In this document: piece after piece, positions 48,178-57,853 of the stretch
Numbering within the stretch: the stretch's first letter is position 1
Layout of the letters: each line of letters begins with the position of its first letter
Source: a virus
DNA length: 64,000 bases
IMG/VR virus record: IMGVR_UViG_3300042446_001168
Direction: 5' to 3' (one strand)
Notes under the pieces: generated by a model
The model's database searches: none
Seen by the model: only the letters and a program-made list of their open reading frames with translations
Told to the model about the DNA's origin: nothing
Translations under genes and position numbers: made by a program

Positions 48178-48693
48178 ACTAAAGATACACTTACCGCTCT
48201 TGCTAACACTTTTGCTTTTGGTCCAGGATTCAAATATGGGACAAAAGATCTCGAAAAGTTCTTTGTTGGGTTTGACGACTCATTTGATAAGTTAGCCAAG
48301 CTACATGATGAAGTAACAAAAAACATCCCGAACTATCCCCCATACAATATCAAAAAAGTAGACGATAACAAGTATACTATTGAGATTGCTGTCGCTGGTT
48401 TTGCCAAGCAAGACATCGACCTCGAGTTTGCCAATAACAAGCTAATCGTTGCTGGTAAAGCATCTGATGATTCTGAAAACGATTCATTCCTATGGAGGGG
48501 TATTGCCAATAGAGCATTCACACGTACTTTTGTTCTTGACGATCAAGTTGAGATTCAGAATGCTGAGATGCTAAACGGTATGCTGAAGGTTTTCCTTGAG
48601 CGTATTATTCCCGAGCACAAGAAGCCTAAGAAGATCGAGATTAACGAAAAGCCTTCAAAGGAAGAGAAACAGTTCTTAGCGGAGGACAAATGA
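48175..48693 (+). CDS. hsp20: Small heat shock protein (Hsp20/IbpA-like)
   Basis: NYPPYNI, EIAVAGF, RGIANRAFTRTF and NGML. Confidence 0.95.
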   Translation: MTKDTLTALANTFAFGPGFKYGTKDLEKFFVGFDDSFDKLAKLHDEVTKNIPNYPPYNIKKVDDNKYTIEIAVAGFAKQDIDLEFANNKLIVAGKASDDSENDSFLWRGIANRAFTRTFVLDDQVEIQNAEMLNGMLKVFLERIIPEHKKPKKIEINEKPSKEEKQFLAEDK

Positions 48694-48860
48694 ACTACCT
48701 AGAAAAGATTCTCAAGGTATCAGAAAATTTCTTTTTTGGTAGTACAGCCGCATTTTCAAAAACAGAAATTAAATACCTCAATCAAGCTGTAGATCAATGT
48801 GATCTAGAGTATCGTATGAAACAGATTGAGCGTAAGCACGAAACTTTGGGATATATGTGA
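48690..48860 (+). CDS. DUF3563-like small protein (56 aa, not in ORF track)
   Basis: GGAGG RBS; YLNQAVDQCDLEYRMKQIE. Confidence 0.55.
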   Translation: MNYLEKILKVSENFFFGSTAAFSKTEIKYLNQAVDQCDLEYRMKQIERKHETLGYM

Positions 48861-48863
48861 AAC

Positions 48864-48884
48864 GAGGGGGGCAACCCCCTCTTT
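48864..48884 (+). terminator. Terminator hairpin
   Basis: GAGGGGG-GCAA-CCCCCTC followed by TTT. Confidence 0.75.
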
Positions 48885-48900
48885 AATTTAAAGGATAGAA

Positions 48901-49215
48901 ATGATAGTCAGAGTAATTAGATTAATGAACGGCGAAGATTTAATTGGTAGCCTTGAAGTATCATCAAAAAAAGATGCTGGACTAGTGTACAAACTCAGGG
49001 ACGTTGGAACAATCCAATTGGTTCCAACTAAGGATGGTGGGGTTGGGATCTCTCTATTTCCCTTTGCACCCTACGCAGAAGAGAGCGAGTTTACATTCAG
49101 AGAAGAGCATGTTGTAACTACCTTCAGTCCTTCTGTTGACCTTCTCAACAACTACAATCGTATGTTTGGATCTGGTATCCAAATTGCATCTGCAGGATCC
49201 GTCACTGGCCGTTGA
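48901..49215 (+). CDS. Conserved T4-like Sm-like protein upstream of gp43
   Basis: IRLMNGEDLIG and YNRMFGSGI. Confidence 0.65.
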   Translation: MIVRVIRLMNGEDLIGSLEVSSKKDAGLVYKLRDVGTIQLVPTKDGGVGISLFPFAPYAEESEFTFREEHVVTTFSPSVDLLNNYNRMFGSGIQIASAGSVTGR

Positions 49216-49240
49216 TTTAAAGCACCGAACGTAGTATAAT
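49212..49240 (+). promoter_or_regulatory. Sigma70-like promoter for gp43
   Basis: TTGATT-N17-TATAAT. Confidence 0.75.
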
Positions 49241-49261
49241 TGTGTTTTACAATGAGGTATT

Positions 49262-51799
49262 ATGCGCTTTTACACTAATGTACACGTTAACTCCAACAGC
49301 GCTTTCCTGCGAGGGTATGATAATGGTAAGCGATTTGAGGTAAAGTATAACTACCGACCCTATATGTTCGTGGCCTCAAATCAACCATCAGAGTACAAAA
49401 CGCTTGACGGTAAGAGTGTTCATCGGGTTGATTTTGACAATGCAAAGGATGCCAGAGACTTTGTCAAGAACTACGACACCGTAGAAAACTTCAAGATATA
49501 TGGTACCTCAGCATTCACCTATCAAGCTATCTACGAGAACTTCAAGGGTGAAGTGTTATATGATGTAGACAATATCAATGTGGTGTCGGTGGACATCGAG
49601 ACTTCTACTCAGTATGGTTTTCCTAACATTGCCTTAGCCGATAAGGAAATTATAACCCTATCCATGAGGAAAAGAGGTAAGTGTATCGTATTGGGTACAC
49701 GACCATACACTCCCAAGAGTACTGACATTAAGTACCATCAATGCAGGGACGAAGCAGATCTACTTTCAACGTTCCTCAATATATGGAATTCTGATCAGTG
49801 GAAACCCGATGTTGTTACGGGTTGGAACATTGAGAACTTTGACATTCCATATCTGTATATTAGAATAACAAACATTCTGGGTGATAAGCAAGCAAGAAGA
49901 TTATCTCCGTGGGGCATGATTGCCAAGAGATCTATTAGTGGAGATACTGATGGTCCTTTTGTGTATGACCTAATAGGGATAGCTACACTGGATTATCTTG
50001 CCCTGTACAAGAAATTCTCATACACCCCTCAAGAATCATACAAGCTAGATCATATCGCAGAGTACGAGCTTGGCGAGCGAAAGCTTGACTATTCCGAGTA
50101 CGAATCAATGCACGAGTTCTATGTACAGAACTTTGAGAAGTTTGTCGACTACAACATTCACGACGTTGTGCTGGTAGATAAACTAGAGGAGAAGTTAAAG
50201 TTTATTGAGCAGGTATTTGCTATATCGTACGATGCGAAAGTGAATTATATTGATACGTTCACCACTGTTCGGATCTGGGATATCATTATTGCTAACTATC
50301 TAATGGATAGAAACATTGTAGTCCCTCATCACGCTACGTCAGTAGTCAAAGGAAGATTTGGGGTGGATCAAGAGATGGGCCCAATCATTGGAGCCTACGT
50401 CAAAGATCCTCAAGTTGGAATGCATAAGTGGGTATGCTCATTTGACTTGAACAGTCTCTATCCTCACTTGATTATGCAGTACAATATCAGTCCTGATACC
50501 TTTATGGGTATGGAGAAGGATATTAGTATTGAGCGACTACTTGATGGTAACATTGGACAGGCTCTCACTGACAAGCTCATATCAAACAATCAAACCATGA
50601 CTCCTAACGGAGCAATATTTGATAAGGATAAAGTCGGGTTCTTTGCTGAGTTGATGAGTACCATGTACAACGATCGTTCTGCATGGAAGAAACGAATGAT
50701 CGAAGCCAAGAAGAAGTATGAGAGTACTCCCACTCGCGAGCTTGAGAATGAGGTTGCACGCTGTCATAATATGCAGATGGCCAAGAAGATTCAACTCAAC
50801 AGCGCATATGGAGCTTTGGGGAATACCTTCTTCAGGTGGTATCAACGCGATCTAGCCGAAGCAATTACTATGTCTGGTCAACTATCCATACGATGGATGG
50901 AGAAACATATCAACGAGTACCTCAATAAGTTGTTTAAGACAACCAACGAGGACTATGTTATTGCATGCGATACGGATTCGATGTACATTCGGTTAGATAG
51001 GCTAGTACAGAGTGTATTCAATGGAGATGAGAGTGATTCTGCCAAGGTTGTAAAGTTCCTTGACGATGTGTGTGAGAAAAAGATTCAGCCATTCATTGAT
51101 CGGACATATGATAAGCTCGGATCTTATATGATGGTGATGGAACAGAAGATGGTAATGAAGCGTGAAGCCATTGCCAACAAAGGTATCTGGACCGGAAAGA
51201 AGCACTACATCCTTAACGTATTTGACAACGAAGGTGTGTTGTATAGTGAACCAAAGCTCAAGATACAAGGTATTGAGGCTGTGCGTTCATCAACACCAGC
51301 AGCCTGTAGGAAGAATATTAAGAAGGCTCTGAGTATTATTATGAACCAGACTGAGAGTGATATTATTAAGTTCATATCAGACTTCAGACAAGAGTTTACA
51401 ACCCTTCCGTATGAGGACATTGCCTTCCCAAGAGGAGTACGAGACCTCAAGAAGTACACCGACTCAAGTGCAATATATAAAAAGGGTACTCCAATTCACG
51501 TCAAGGGATCGTTGGTGTATAATGAATTGATCAAAGAGAAGAAAATTCAGAACAAGTATCCAATTATTGCTGATGGGGACAAGATTAAGTTTTCATATCT
51601 ACTCAGACCCAATCCAGCAAGAGACACAGTTATATCATGTCCAGGACCTCTTCCAAAAGAACTTGGGCTGGATGCATACATTGACTATGATATGCAATTT
51701 GATAAATCGTTCCTCGAACCTCTCAGATCAATCCTTGATGCGGTAGGATGGAAGACTGATAATAACACCAGAGCAACACTAGAAGATCTTTTTAATTAG
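49262..51799 (+). CDS. gp43: Family B DNA polymerase gp43
   Basis: Exo DIET and GWNIENFDIPY; pol SFDLNSLYP, KIQLNSAYG and DTDS. Confidence 0.98.
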   Translation: MRFYTNVHVNSNSAFLRGYDNGKRFEVKYNYRPYMFVASNQPSEYKTLDGKSVHRVDFDNAKDARDFVKNYDTVENFKIYGTSAFTYQAIYENFKGEVLYDVDNINVVSVDIETSTQYGFPNIALADKEIITLSMRKRGKCIVLGTRPYTPKSTDIKYHQCRDEADLLSTFLNIWNSDQWKPDVVTGWNIENFDIPYLYIRITNILGDKQARRLSPWGMIAKRSISGDTDGPFVYDLIGIATLDYLALYKKFSYTPQESYKLDHIAEYELGERKLDYSEYESMHEFYVQNFEKFVDYNIHDVVLVDKLEEKLKFIEQVFAISYDAKVNYIDTFTTVRIWDIIIANYLMDRNIVVPHHATSVVKGRFGVDQEMGPIIGAYVKDPQVGMHKWVCSFDLNSLYPHLIMQYNISPDTFMGMEKDISIERLLDGNIGQALTDKLISNNQTMTPNGAIFDKDKVGFFAELMSTMYNDRSAWKKRMIEAKKKYESTPTRELENEVARCHNMQMAKKIQLNSAYGALGNTFFRWYQRDLAEAITMSGQLSIRWMEKHINEYLNKLFKTTNEDYVIACDTDSMYIRLDRLVQSVFNGDESDSAKVVKFLDDVCEKKIQPFIDRTYDKLGSYMMVMEQKMVMKREAIANKGIWTGKKHYILNVFDNEGVLYSEPKLKIQGIEAVRSSTPAACRKNIKKALSIIMNQTESDIIKFISDFRQEFTTLPYEDIAFPRGVRDLKKYTDSSAIYKKGTPIHVKGSLVYNELIKEKKIQNKYPIIADGDKIKFSYLLRPNPARDTVISCPGPLPKELGLDAYIDYDMQFDKSFLEPLRSILDAVGWKTDNNTRATLEDLFN

Positions 51800-51807
51800 G
51801 AAAATAT

Positions 51808-52107
51808 ATGGCCAAAATATCTATTGAACTAGATGAGGATAATGATTTTGGATTCTCTGCTGTCAGTGAAGATGACCTCAAATCAATGGAGCGGCAGCTT
51901 CAACAACAAGTTCATGAAAAAGAACAAGAATTATCGTTGACTTCTAAAGAGTATAAAGATAAACTAGAGGCTCTTTATAAGTTGATCATGCCACTACTAC
52001 TCAACCTAGCCAAGGATTCTGAAAAAGAGTATATACTCTGGCCTGACCGATCTAAGAAGATGAAAATTTTTATTGATAAAGTAAATAAGTTAGTAGAAAA
52101 TGATTAA
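51808..52107 (+). CDS. Conserved hypothetical protein
   Basis: DFGFSAV and PLL.NL....EKEYI.WPDR. Confidence 0.65.
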   Translation: MAKISIELDEDNDFGFSAVSEDDLKSMERQLQQQVHEKEQELSLTSKEYKDKLEALYKLIMPLLLNLAKDSEKEYILWPDRSKKMKIFIDKVNKLVEND

Positions 52108-52996
52108 CTACCTGGCATTGTTGGTTGCTATTGGATTGTCTGGAGTATCGGCCTACTTCTCAATCCTTGGACTGACAGCTATCTTTGCAGCATCATTCTG
52201 GCCTGTAGTTATTATGGGTTCAATGCTTGAAGCAGCTAAGGTTGTTGCTGCGTCTTGGGCCTTTCGGAACTGGTCATATGCACCGGCCAGTATTCGCTAC
52301 TACCTTGTTTCTGCCGTTATTACTTTAATGTTTATAACATCAATGGGTACGTTTGGTTACCTGTCCAAAGCACATATTGAGCAGTCAGCATCGGTTGGTG
52401 ATGCTGCCGCTCAGGTTGCTGTTTACGATGATAGAATCAAAGTTATAAACGACACCATCAATGCCAATCGTACACTCCTTAAACAGTTTGATGAAGCTGT
52501 TGACCAGGTGATGTCTCGTTCAACAGACTCTAAGGGAGCTGAGCGAGCTCTTCAGATTAGAAAATCACAGCAGAAAGATCGTAGTCGGATCATGGAGGAA
52601 ATATCAGCACTGCAGAAAGAAGTTAGCAAGCTCAATGTTGAGAAGTCTCCACTGGTATCGCAAGTTAGAAAAGTCGAGGCAGAAGTTGGTCCAATCAAAT
52701 ATATTGCCGAGCTTTTTGTTGATAAGGCTGATGATTCGTTTCTGGAAAAGACTGTTCGTTGGGTTATTATTATGATTGTAACAGTATTTGATCCGTTAGC
52801 TATTCTTTTGCTGATAGCAGCTAATATGGGATTGATGCGGCAGAGTCAAGATCGTAAGACATCCTCCCTGGCACAGGATATTACTAACAGCGAAGAGGAG
52901 TCAGAAAAGAGATTCAAGAAGCTACAAGAGTTGACTGGAAAGGCGAACCGTAGTAAAGTGACTATTGATAAGAACAAAATAAGGAAGATGACATGA
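52100..52996 (+). CDS. Membrane protein with coiled-coil domain
   Basis: Three N-terminal TMs, ITSMGTFGYLSKAH, EVGPIKYIA and VFDPLA. Confidence 0.7.
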   Translation: MINYLALLVAIGLSGVSAYFSILGLTAIFAASFWPVVIMGSMLEAAKVVAASWAFRNWSYAPASIRYYLVSAVITLMFITSMGTFGYLSKAHIEQSASVGDAAAQVAVYDDRIKVINDTINANRTLLKQFDEAVDQVMSRSTDSKGAERALQIRKSQQKDRSRIMEEISALQKEVSKLNVEKSPLVSQVRKVEAEVGPIKYIAELFVDKADDSFLEKTVRWVIIMIVTVFDPLAILLLIAANMGLMRQSQDRKTSSLAQDITNSEEESEKRFKKLQELTGKANRSKVTIDKNKIRKMT

Positions 52997-53895
52997 GTTT
53001 TTTAAAGGGTTTATTAAAGGAGTTAAATGATGAAAACACTTATCTGGCCAGTGACGGCGGTGGTAGTGCTGAGTTTGGTGGGTTTATTGATACTGGCAGC
53101 TATATTCTCAACGCTCTTCTCTCTGGTAGCATCTTTGGTGGCGTATCTGATAACAAGATTACTGCTTTTGCAGGAGAGTCCGCTGTTGGAAAGAGTTTCT
53201 TCGTACTTGGTATCGTTAGAGCCTTCCTTGACAAGAACCCAACAGCAATCGTCGTCTACTACGACACCGAAGCAGCAGTAACTAAGAAGATGATGTCGGA
53301 ACGTGGTATTGATGTTGAGCGAGTAATTATTGCTGAGCCAGATACCATTCAAAAGTTCAAGACTCATGCACTTAAACTGATAGAGGCGTATGAAAAGACT
53401 TCGGAGAGCGAACGTCCTAAGATGATGTTTGTTCTTGACAGCCTTGGTATGTTGTCAACATCCAAAGAAATGGAAGATTCTCTGGATGGCAAAGATACAA
53501 GAGACATGACCAAGTCTCAAGTAATTAAAGCAGCGTTCAGAGTGTTGACTCTCAAGCTAGCAAAGGTTAAAGTACCTATGCTAGTCACCAATCACGTTTA
53601 CGAGGTTGTTGGATGTCTTGATGCTAGTCAATGGATCAGGCTAGAAGATGGTACTCATAAAAACATTGTAGATATTGACATTGGAGATGTGGTTACTACA
53701 CTAGATGGCCCAAAGCCAGTTACAGAGACTTTTGAGTATACAGTTGATGAATATGTTGAGCTAACTTTTGAGGATGGTAGTGTGATTAAAGCTACTCCTA
53801 ATCACAAGTTCTTAATCGACGGGGTTTGGGTTGCAGCTGAGGATATCGTCCTCAATGATGAGGTCGTATCCATAGGCACGTGCGAACTCGTCTAG
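52993..53895 (+). CDS. uvsX: UvsX recombinase N-extein (207 aa) fused to split intein N-fragment
   Basis: IDTGSY, AGESAVGKS and LDSLGML; after VTNHVYEVVG the intein block A CLDASQWI and block B ATPNHKF follow, then a stop. Confidence 0.93.
   Translation: MSFLKGLLKELNDENTYLASDGGGSAEFGGFIDTGSYILNALLSGSIFGGVSDNKITAFAGESAVGKSFFVLGIVRAFLDKNPTAIVVYYDTEAAVTKKMMSERGIDVERVIIAEPDTIQKFKTHALKLIEAYEKTSESERPKMMFVLDSLGMLSTSKEMEDSLDGKDTRDMTKSQVIKAAFRVLTLKLAKVKVPMLVTNHVYEVVGCLDASQWIRLEDGTHKNIVDIDIGDVVTTLDGPKPVTETFEYTVDEYVELTFEDGSVIKATPNHKFLIDGVWVAAEDIVLNDEVVSIGTCELV
53614..53892 (+). mobile_element. Split intein N-fragment (93 aa)
   Basis: Cys1, I.IGD.V, TxxH block B and W..A..I...DEV end. Confidence 0.92.
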
Positions 53896-54045
53896 TACTC
53901 GCGCATCAACTTGGAGATGTCTTGCAGCCTCGGCAATTGAGAAGTAGTGTCTATTATTAATAATCACAATATTTTTCATGGTTATAGTATTGGCGTTCTC
54001 AGAGGATTTGATCTTCTTGAGCTTAGTAGTTTTTGACGTATCCAC
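53812..54045 (-). CDS. Antisense mini-ORF with NUMOD1/HTH-like motif (possible homing endonuclease remnant)
   Basis: INNRHYFSIAEAARHLQV; minus-strand TATAAATA at 54075-54082. Confidence 0.5.
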   Translation of the reverse strand: MDTSKTTKLKKIKSSENANTITMKNIVIINNRHYFSIAEAARHLQVDARVLDEFARAYGYDLIIEDDILSCNPNPVD

Positions 54046-54074
54046 AATGATTCCGTTTTAATTTACACACGCAT

Positions 54075-54082
54075 TATTTATA
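54075..54082 (-). promoter_or_regulatory. Minus-strand T4 late promoter
   Basis: TATTTATA on + strand equals TATAAATA on - strand, about 30 nt upstream of the antisense ORF. Confidence 0.6.
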
Positions 54083-54097
54083 AGAGCAGGAGTTACA

Positions 54098-54205
54098 ATG
54101 AAGGTAATATCGAAGAGGGTGGTCTCTGACCAACTAAAGGTATATGATTTTACGGTAGAGGATTCACATCACTACGTATTAGAAAATGGAGTTGTTTCGC
54201 ATAAT
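54098..54205 (+). mobile_element. Split intein C-fragment
   Basis: MKVISKR...[22 protein letters not shown] followed by Ser+1. Confidence 0.92.
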
Positions 54206-54634
54206 TCATATGTACCTACTAAGGAGATATCAGGTGGTTCGGGACTTAAATTTGCTGCCAGTACTATTGCAATGCTCTCAAAGAAGAAAGAAAAGGATGG
54301 CGATGGAGATGTTATCGGCAACCAAATTAAAATCAAGATGTACAAGTCACGACTCTCAAAAGAGAACCAAGATGCAACAGTGCTACTTACTTATAGCAAA
54401 GGTCTAGATCGATACTTTGGATTGTTGGATCTAGCAGAGAAGTACGAAATTATTAAGAAAGTATCTACGCGGTATGAATTACCAAACGGTAAGAAGGTAT
54501 TTGGTAAGGAGATAAACACCAACCCTGAATTATACTTTACAGAAGATATTCTCCAACAGTTAGAGATATGTGCAAAGAAGGAGTTCAGTTATGGAGTTAG
54601 TGAAGAAGTATCGAGTGATATTCCAGAGGAATAA
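54098..54634 (+). CDS. uvsX: Split intein C-fragment (36 aa) fused to UvsX C-extein (142 aa)
   Basis: Own AGGAG RBS; VYDFTV block F, SHN/S splice junction, then [19 protein letters not shown]. Confidence 0.93.
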   Translation: MKVISKRVVSDQLKVYDFTVEDSHHYVLENGVVSHNSYVPTKEISGGSGLKFAASTIAMLSKKKEKDGDGDVIGNQIKIKMYKSRLSKENQDATVLLTYSKGLDRYFGLLDLAEKYEIIKKVSTRYELPNGKKVFGKEINTNPELYFTEDILQQLEICAKKEFSYGVSEEVSSDIPEE

Positions 54635-54724
54635 TTCTATTGGATTCAAGTATATGTTCAATGACACTGAGCTAGCACAGTTTGTAGAGAAGTATAAAGA
54701 TTGTATTGTTGAGGTAATTGAATT

Positions 54725-56113
54725 ATGATAGAAAAATTAATACTCTCAAATCTGATTACTAATGAAGAGTTTGGCCGAAAGGCCATTCCTTTTCTGAAGA
54801 CTGAGTACTTCCAAGAGAGATCAATGAAGGCACTGTTTGATGGAATTGATACCTTCGTCAAGCAGTACAACAAATTTCCTTCTGTGGAAGCTCTGTGTAT
54901 TGATCTTGATAACAACAAAGATATTGCTAGTATATATAATGATGTTGTTAGTCTAGTTGGTAGTCTTGATACAGAGCCAAGTACTAACCTTGACTGGCTT
55001 GTCAATCAGGCTGAGAAGTTCTGTCAGGATAAGGCTATCTACAACGCCATCATGAAGTCTATTGAGATTTTAGATGGTGATAAGGATGCACATAGCAAAG
55101 GAGCTATTCCTCAGATACTATCCGATGCTCTTGGAGTGTCGTTTGATTCTCATATCGGACATGACTTTCTTGAAGATTATGATTCTCGATATGAATTTTA
55201 CCATAAGAAAGAAAAGCGTGTACCATTTGATCTTGAGTATCTTAACAAAATTACCAAGGGTGGATTACCAAATAAAACTCTTAATGTGGTTCTTGCTGGC
55301 ACTGGTGTCGGTAAGTCTCTCTTTATGTGTCATTGTGCTGCAGCTAACCTTTCCAAGGGCGCTAATGTCCTTTACATAACAATGGAGATGGCTGAAGAAC
55401 GTATTGCAGAGCGTATTGACGCAAACATGCTCAATGTTACTATTGATGAGCTCTCAATCCTTCCACGAGATTCGTATGATAAGAAGATCAACCGTGTACG
55501 GGAAAAGACTAGTGGTAAGTTAATCATTAAAGAATATCCTACTGCATCAGCAGGCGCTGGTCACATGCGTCACCTATTGAATGAGTTAAAGTTAAAACGA
55601 AACTTCAAACCAGACATCATCTATATTGACTACCTAAATATTTGTACATCCTCAAGATTAAAGTATGGGGCGAATGTTAATTCGTATACGTATATCAAGG
55701 CCATTGCAGAAGAACTTCGTGGGCTGGCAGTTGAGTTTGATGTGCCTATTGTTACCGCCACTCAGACTACTAGAAGCGGGTTTACAAGTAGTGATCTTGG
55801 ATTAGAAGATACTAGCGAGTCGTTTGGATTACCAGCTACGGCAGACTTCATGATTGCACTAATAAGTTCTGAGGAGCTTCAGGACTTGAATCAGTTGATG
55901 GTCAAGCAACTCAAGAACCGTTTTGGTGATCCAGGAATGCATCGAAGATTTGTTATTGGAGTTGACAAGACTAAGATGAAGCTGTACGATGTAGAGCAAG
56001 CCGCACAGGATGATGTTGTAGATGATGGTCCTGTTTTTGATAAGTCTAGTACAGGTGCAAGAATAAACTCGGAGAAGGATAAATTCAAAAATGCTTTTAG
56101 TTCGTTTGTATAA
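54725..56113 (+). CDS. gp41: Replicative helicase gp41
   Basis: LAGTGVGKS, IDYLNIC, TATQTTR and SESFGLPATAD. Confidence 0.97.
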   Translation: MIEKLILSNLITNEEFGRKAIPFLKTEYFQERSMKALFDGIDTFVKQYNKFPSVEALCIDLDNNKDIASIYNDVVSLVGSLDTEPSTNLDWLVNQAEKFCQDKAIYNAIMKSIEILDGDKDAHSKGAIPQILSDALGVSFDSHIGHDFLEDYDSRYEFYHKKEKRVPFDLEYLNKITKGGLPNKTLNVVLAGTGVGKSLFMCHCAAANLSKGANVLYITMEMAEERIAERIDANMLNVTIDELSILPRDSYDKKINRVREKTSGKLIIKEYPTASAGAGHMRHLLNELKLKRNFKPDIIYIDYLNICTSSRLKYGANVNSYTYIKAIAEELRGLAVEFDVPIVTATQTTRSGFTSSDLGLEDTSESFGLPATADFMIALISSEELQDLNQLMVKQLKNRFGDPGMHRRFVIGVDKTKMKLYDVEQAAQDDVVDDGPVFDKSSTGARINSEKDKFKNAFSSFV

Positions 56114-56291
56114 CGCTGGCAAGTATATTGTATACTTTTCGTGGGTGCTATTACTCTCAGCATCTATCATTACTATACAGACTGTTCTCCATTACGTTAA
56201 AAGAATATTTGATCTACCTATGGAAGTGATCCTAGCAATCAACACACTAGAAGAGTCACATGAAGATAAAGACGAGACGGTTCAGAAATAA
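56091..56291 (+). CDS. Small membrane protein
   Basis: Hydrophobic segment; overlaps neighbours. Confidence 0.4.
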   Translation: MLLVRLYNAGKYIVYFSWVLLLSASIITIQTVLHYVKRIFDLPMEVILAINTLEESHEDKDETVQK

Positions 56292-56745
56292 GGGACTAAT
56301 GTCTTTCATTAAGAAGGCTACCCAGTTTTATATTCAGCAGATTATACCTAACAATGTTTCAGATGAGATTTCTATTAGTGTTAGAGCTGTAGACAATTGC
56401 GGAGCTAACGGATACTGCACCAAGATGTCAAAGAAGCACTATGAAATTGAGATTGATAGTTCGCTTGAGTTTGAGCACATGATGATTACCTTGGCCCATG
56501 AAGTTGTTCATGTTAAACAATATGCCACTAAAGAGTTGAACACTATGTTTGTTGGAAAGAACATAGTCGATGTGTGGAAGGGCAAGAGATATAAGAACAC
56601 TGATTATGAAGACCAGCCGTGGGAATGGGAAGCTCTTTTGATGGAGGAGAATATGTACATTGATTTCCTCTCTGAATGCTATGCTACGGGACTGGTGGAT
56701 TTGAAGTCTATAAATACCACGAAAACTGCGCTGTTTGTCTGTTGA
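56260..56745 (+). CDS. HExxH zinc metalloprotease-like protein
   Basis: TLAHEVVHVKQY and Y.DQPWE.EA. Confidence 0.75.
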   Translation: MKIKTRRFRNKGLMSFIKKATQFYIQQIIPNNVSDEISISVRAVDNCGANGYCTKMSKKHYEIEIDSSLEFEHMMITLAHEVVHVKQYATKELNTMFVGKNIVDVWKGKRYKNTDYEDQPWEWEALLMEENMYIDFLSECYATGLVDLKSINTTKTALFVC

Positions 56746-56770
56746 CTTATTTGTTATGTTGCTGTATAAT
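56742..56770 (+). promoter_or_regulatory. Sigma70-like early promoter
   Basis: TTGACT-N17-TATAAT. Confidence 0.8.
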
Positions 56771-56801
56771 TAACTTTAAATCATAACTTTATGGAGTTTT
56801 T

Positions 56802-57284
56802 GTGCTCAGATTTTTTCTGGTGGGTGTCGCACTTGTTCTAGCAGCAACAGCATTTAGTCAGAGTGCCAAGCAACAATCAACAGCTCGTATTAATCCAACT
56901 ACTGTGTCTTTACTTGAGCAGGCAAAGAAGTTTATGAAGTTTACTGGTGAAGTTGAAATGCCGACTATTATATCGTCAAGCCAGGACGACCTCAAGCAAA
57001 TGTACTGTCCGGGTAGGAATTGTTCGGTATCTGCTATATACGAAAGTGGTACCATCTACCTCGATAATGATATTGATTTTAATAACTCACTAGATAAATC
57101 AATTATACTACACGAGCTAGTACATCATGTGCAGTGGATAAAATACGGAAGCACTTTAGACTGTCAGCGGTGGTTTGCTAATGAGCGGGAAGCCTATAAG
57201 ATTCAAGCTAAATATTTGAAGAGCAAGAAGATAGATCCCTTTTTTATAACTGATACAGTGACCAATTTGAAATGTCCAGAATGA
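56802..57284 (+). CDS. Secreted HExxH protein
   Basis: Signal peptide; LHELVHHVQ and EREAY..Q. Confidence 0.7.
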   Translation: MLRFFLVGVALVLAATAFSQSAKQQSTARINPTTVSLLEQAKKFMKFTGEVEMPTIISSSQDDLKQMYCPGRNCSVSAIYESGTIYLDNDIDFNNSLDKSIILHELVHHVQWIKYGSTLDCQRWFANEREAYKIQAKYLKSKKIDPFFITDTVTNLKCPE

Positions 57285-57853
57285 TTAAAAATAATACTGA
57301 AAATGATAACTACGCTACAGTTCAAGATGAAATTGACTGGAATCTACACAATAGTGGGTCCTTCTTTCTAACTGGAGAGATTGATGAAATAAGTACTGGT
57401 GAGGTTGTTAAATGGATAATAAGTGAGAACATCTCAAAAAAGCATACTGAGCTTCGGTTGTTTATTAATAGTTGTGGTGGAGATCTGTATAGTGCTTTTG
57501 GGTTGATTGACATTATGAAGACCAGTAAGATTCCTATTCACACTATTGGAGTTGGTAGCTTGATGAGTGCAGCGTTCCTCATCTTCATGACTGGTTTCAA
57601 GGGTGGTAGATTACTTACTAGAAATACAACGGTAATGTCCCATCAATTCTCTACCTATTATGAAGGTAAGGAGCATGATGTCAAGGCCTCGGAAAAAGAA
57701 ACGAGGACAGTCAAGCAGAGAATGTTGGATATAATTAAAGAGAGCTGTAACATGGATGAGCGAGCGGTGAAGCGAAAGCTCCTTCCTCCGTCAGATGTTT
57801 GGCTATCTGCGCAGGAATGTATAGACCTTGGAGTTGCAGACGCAATCTTCTAG
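57272..57853 (+). CDS. clpP: ClpP-like protease subunit
   Basis: INSCGG, SLMSAA (catalytic Ser), MSHQ (His) and DVWLSAQE...LG.AD. Confidence 0.85.
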   Translation: MSRMIKNNTENDNYATVQDEIDWNLHNSGSFFLTGEIDEISTGEVVKWIISENISKKHTELRLFINSCGGDLYSAFGLIDIMKTSKIPIHTIGVGSLMSAAFLIFMTGFKGGRLLTRNTTVMSHQFSTYYEGKEHDVKASEKETRTVKQRMLDIIKESCNMDERAVKRKLLPPSDVWLSAQECIDLGVADAIF

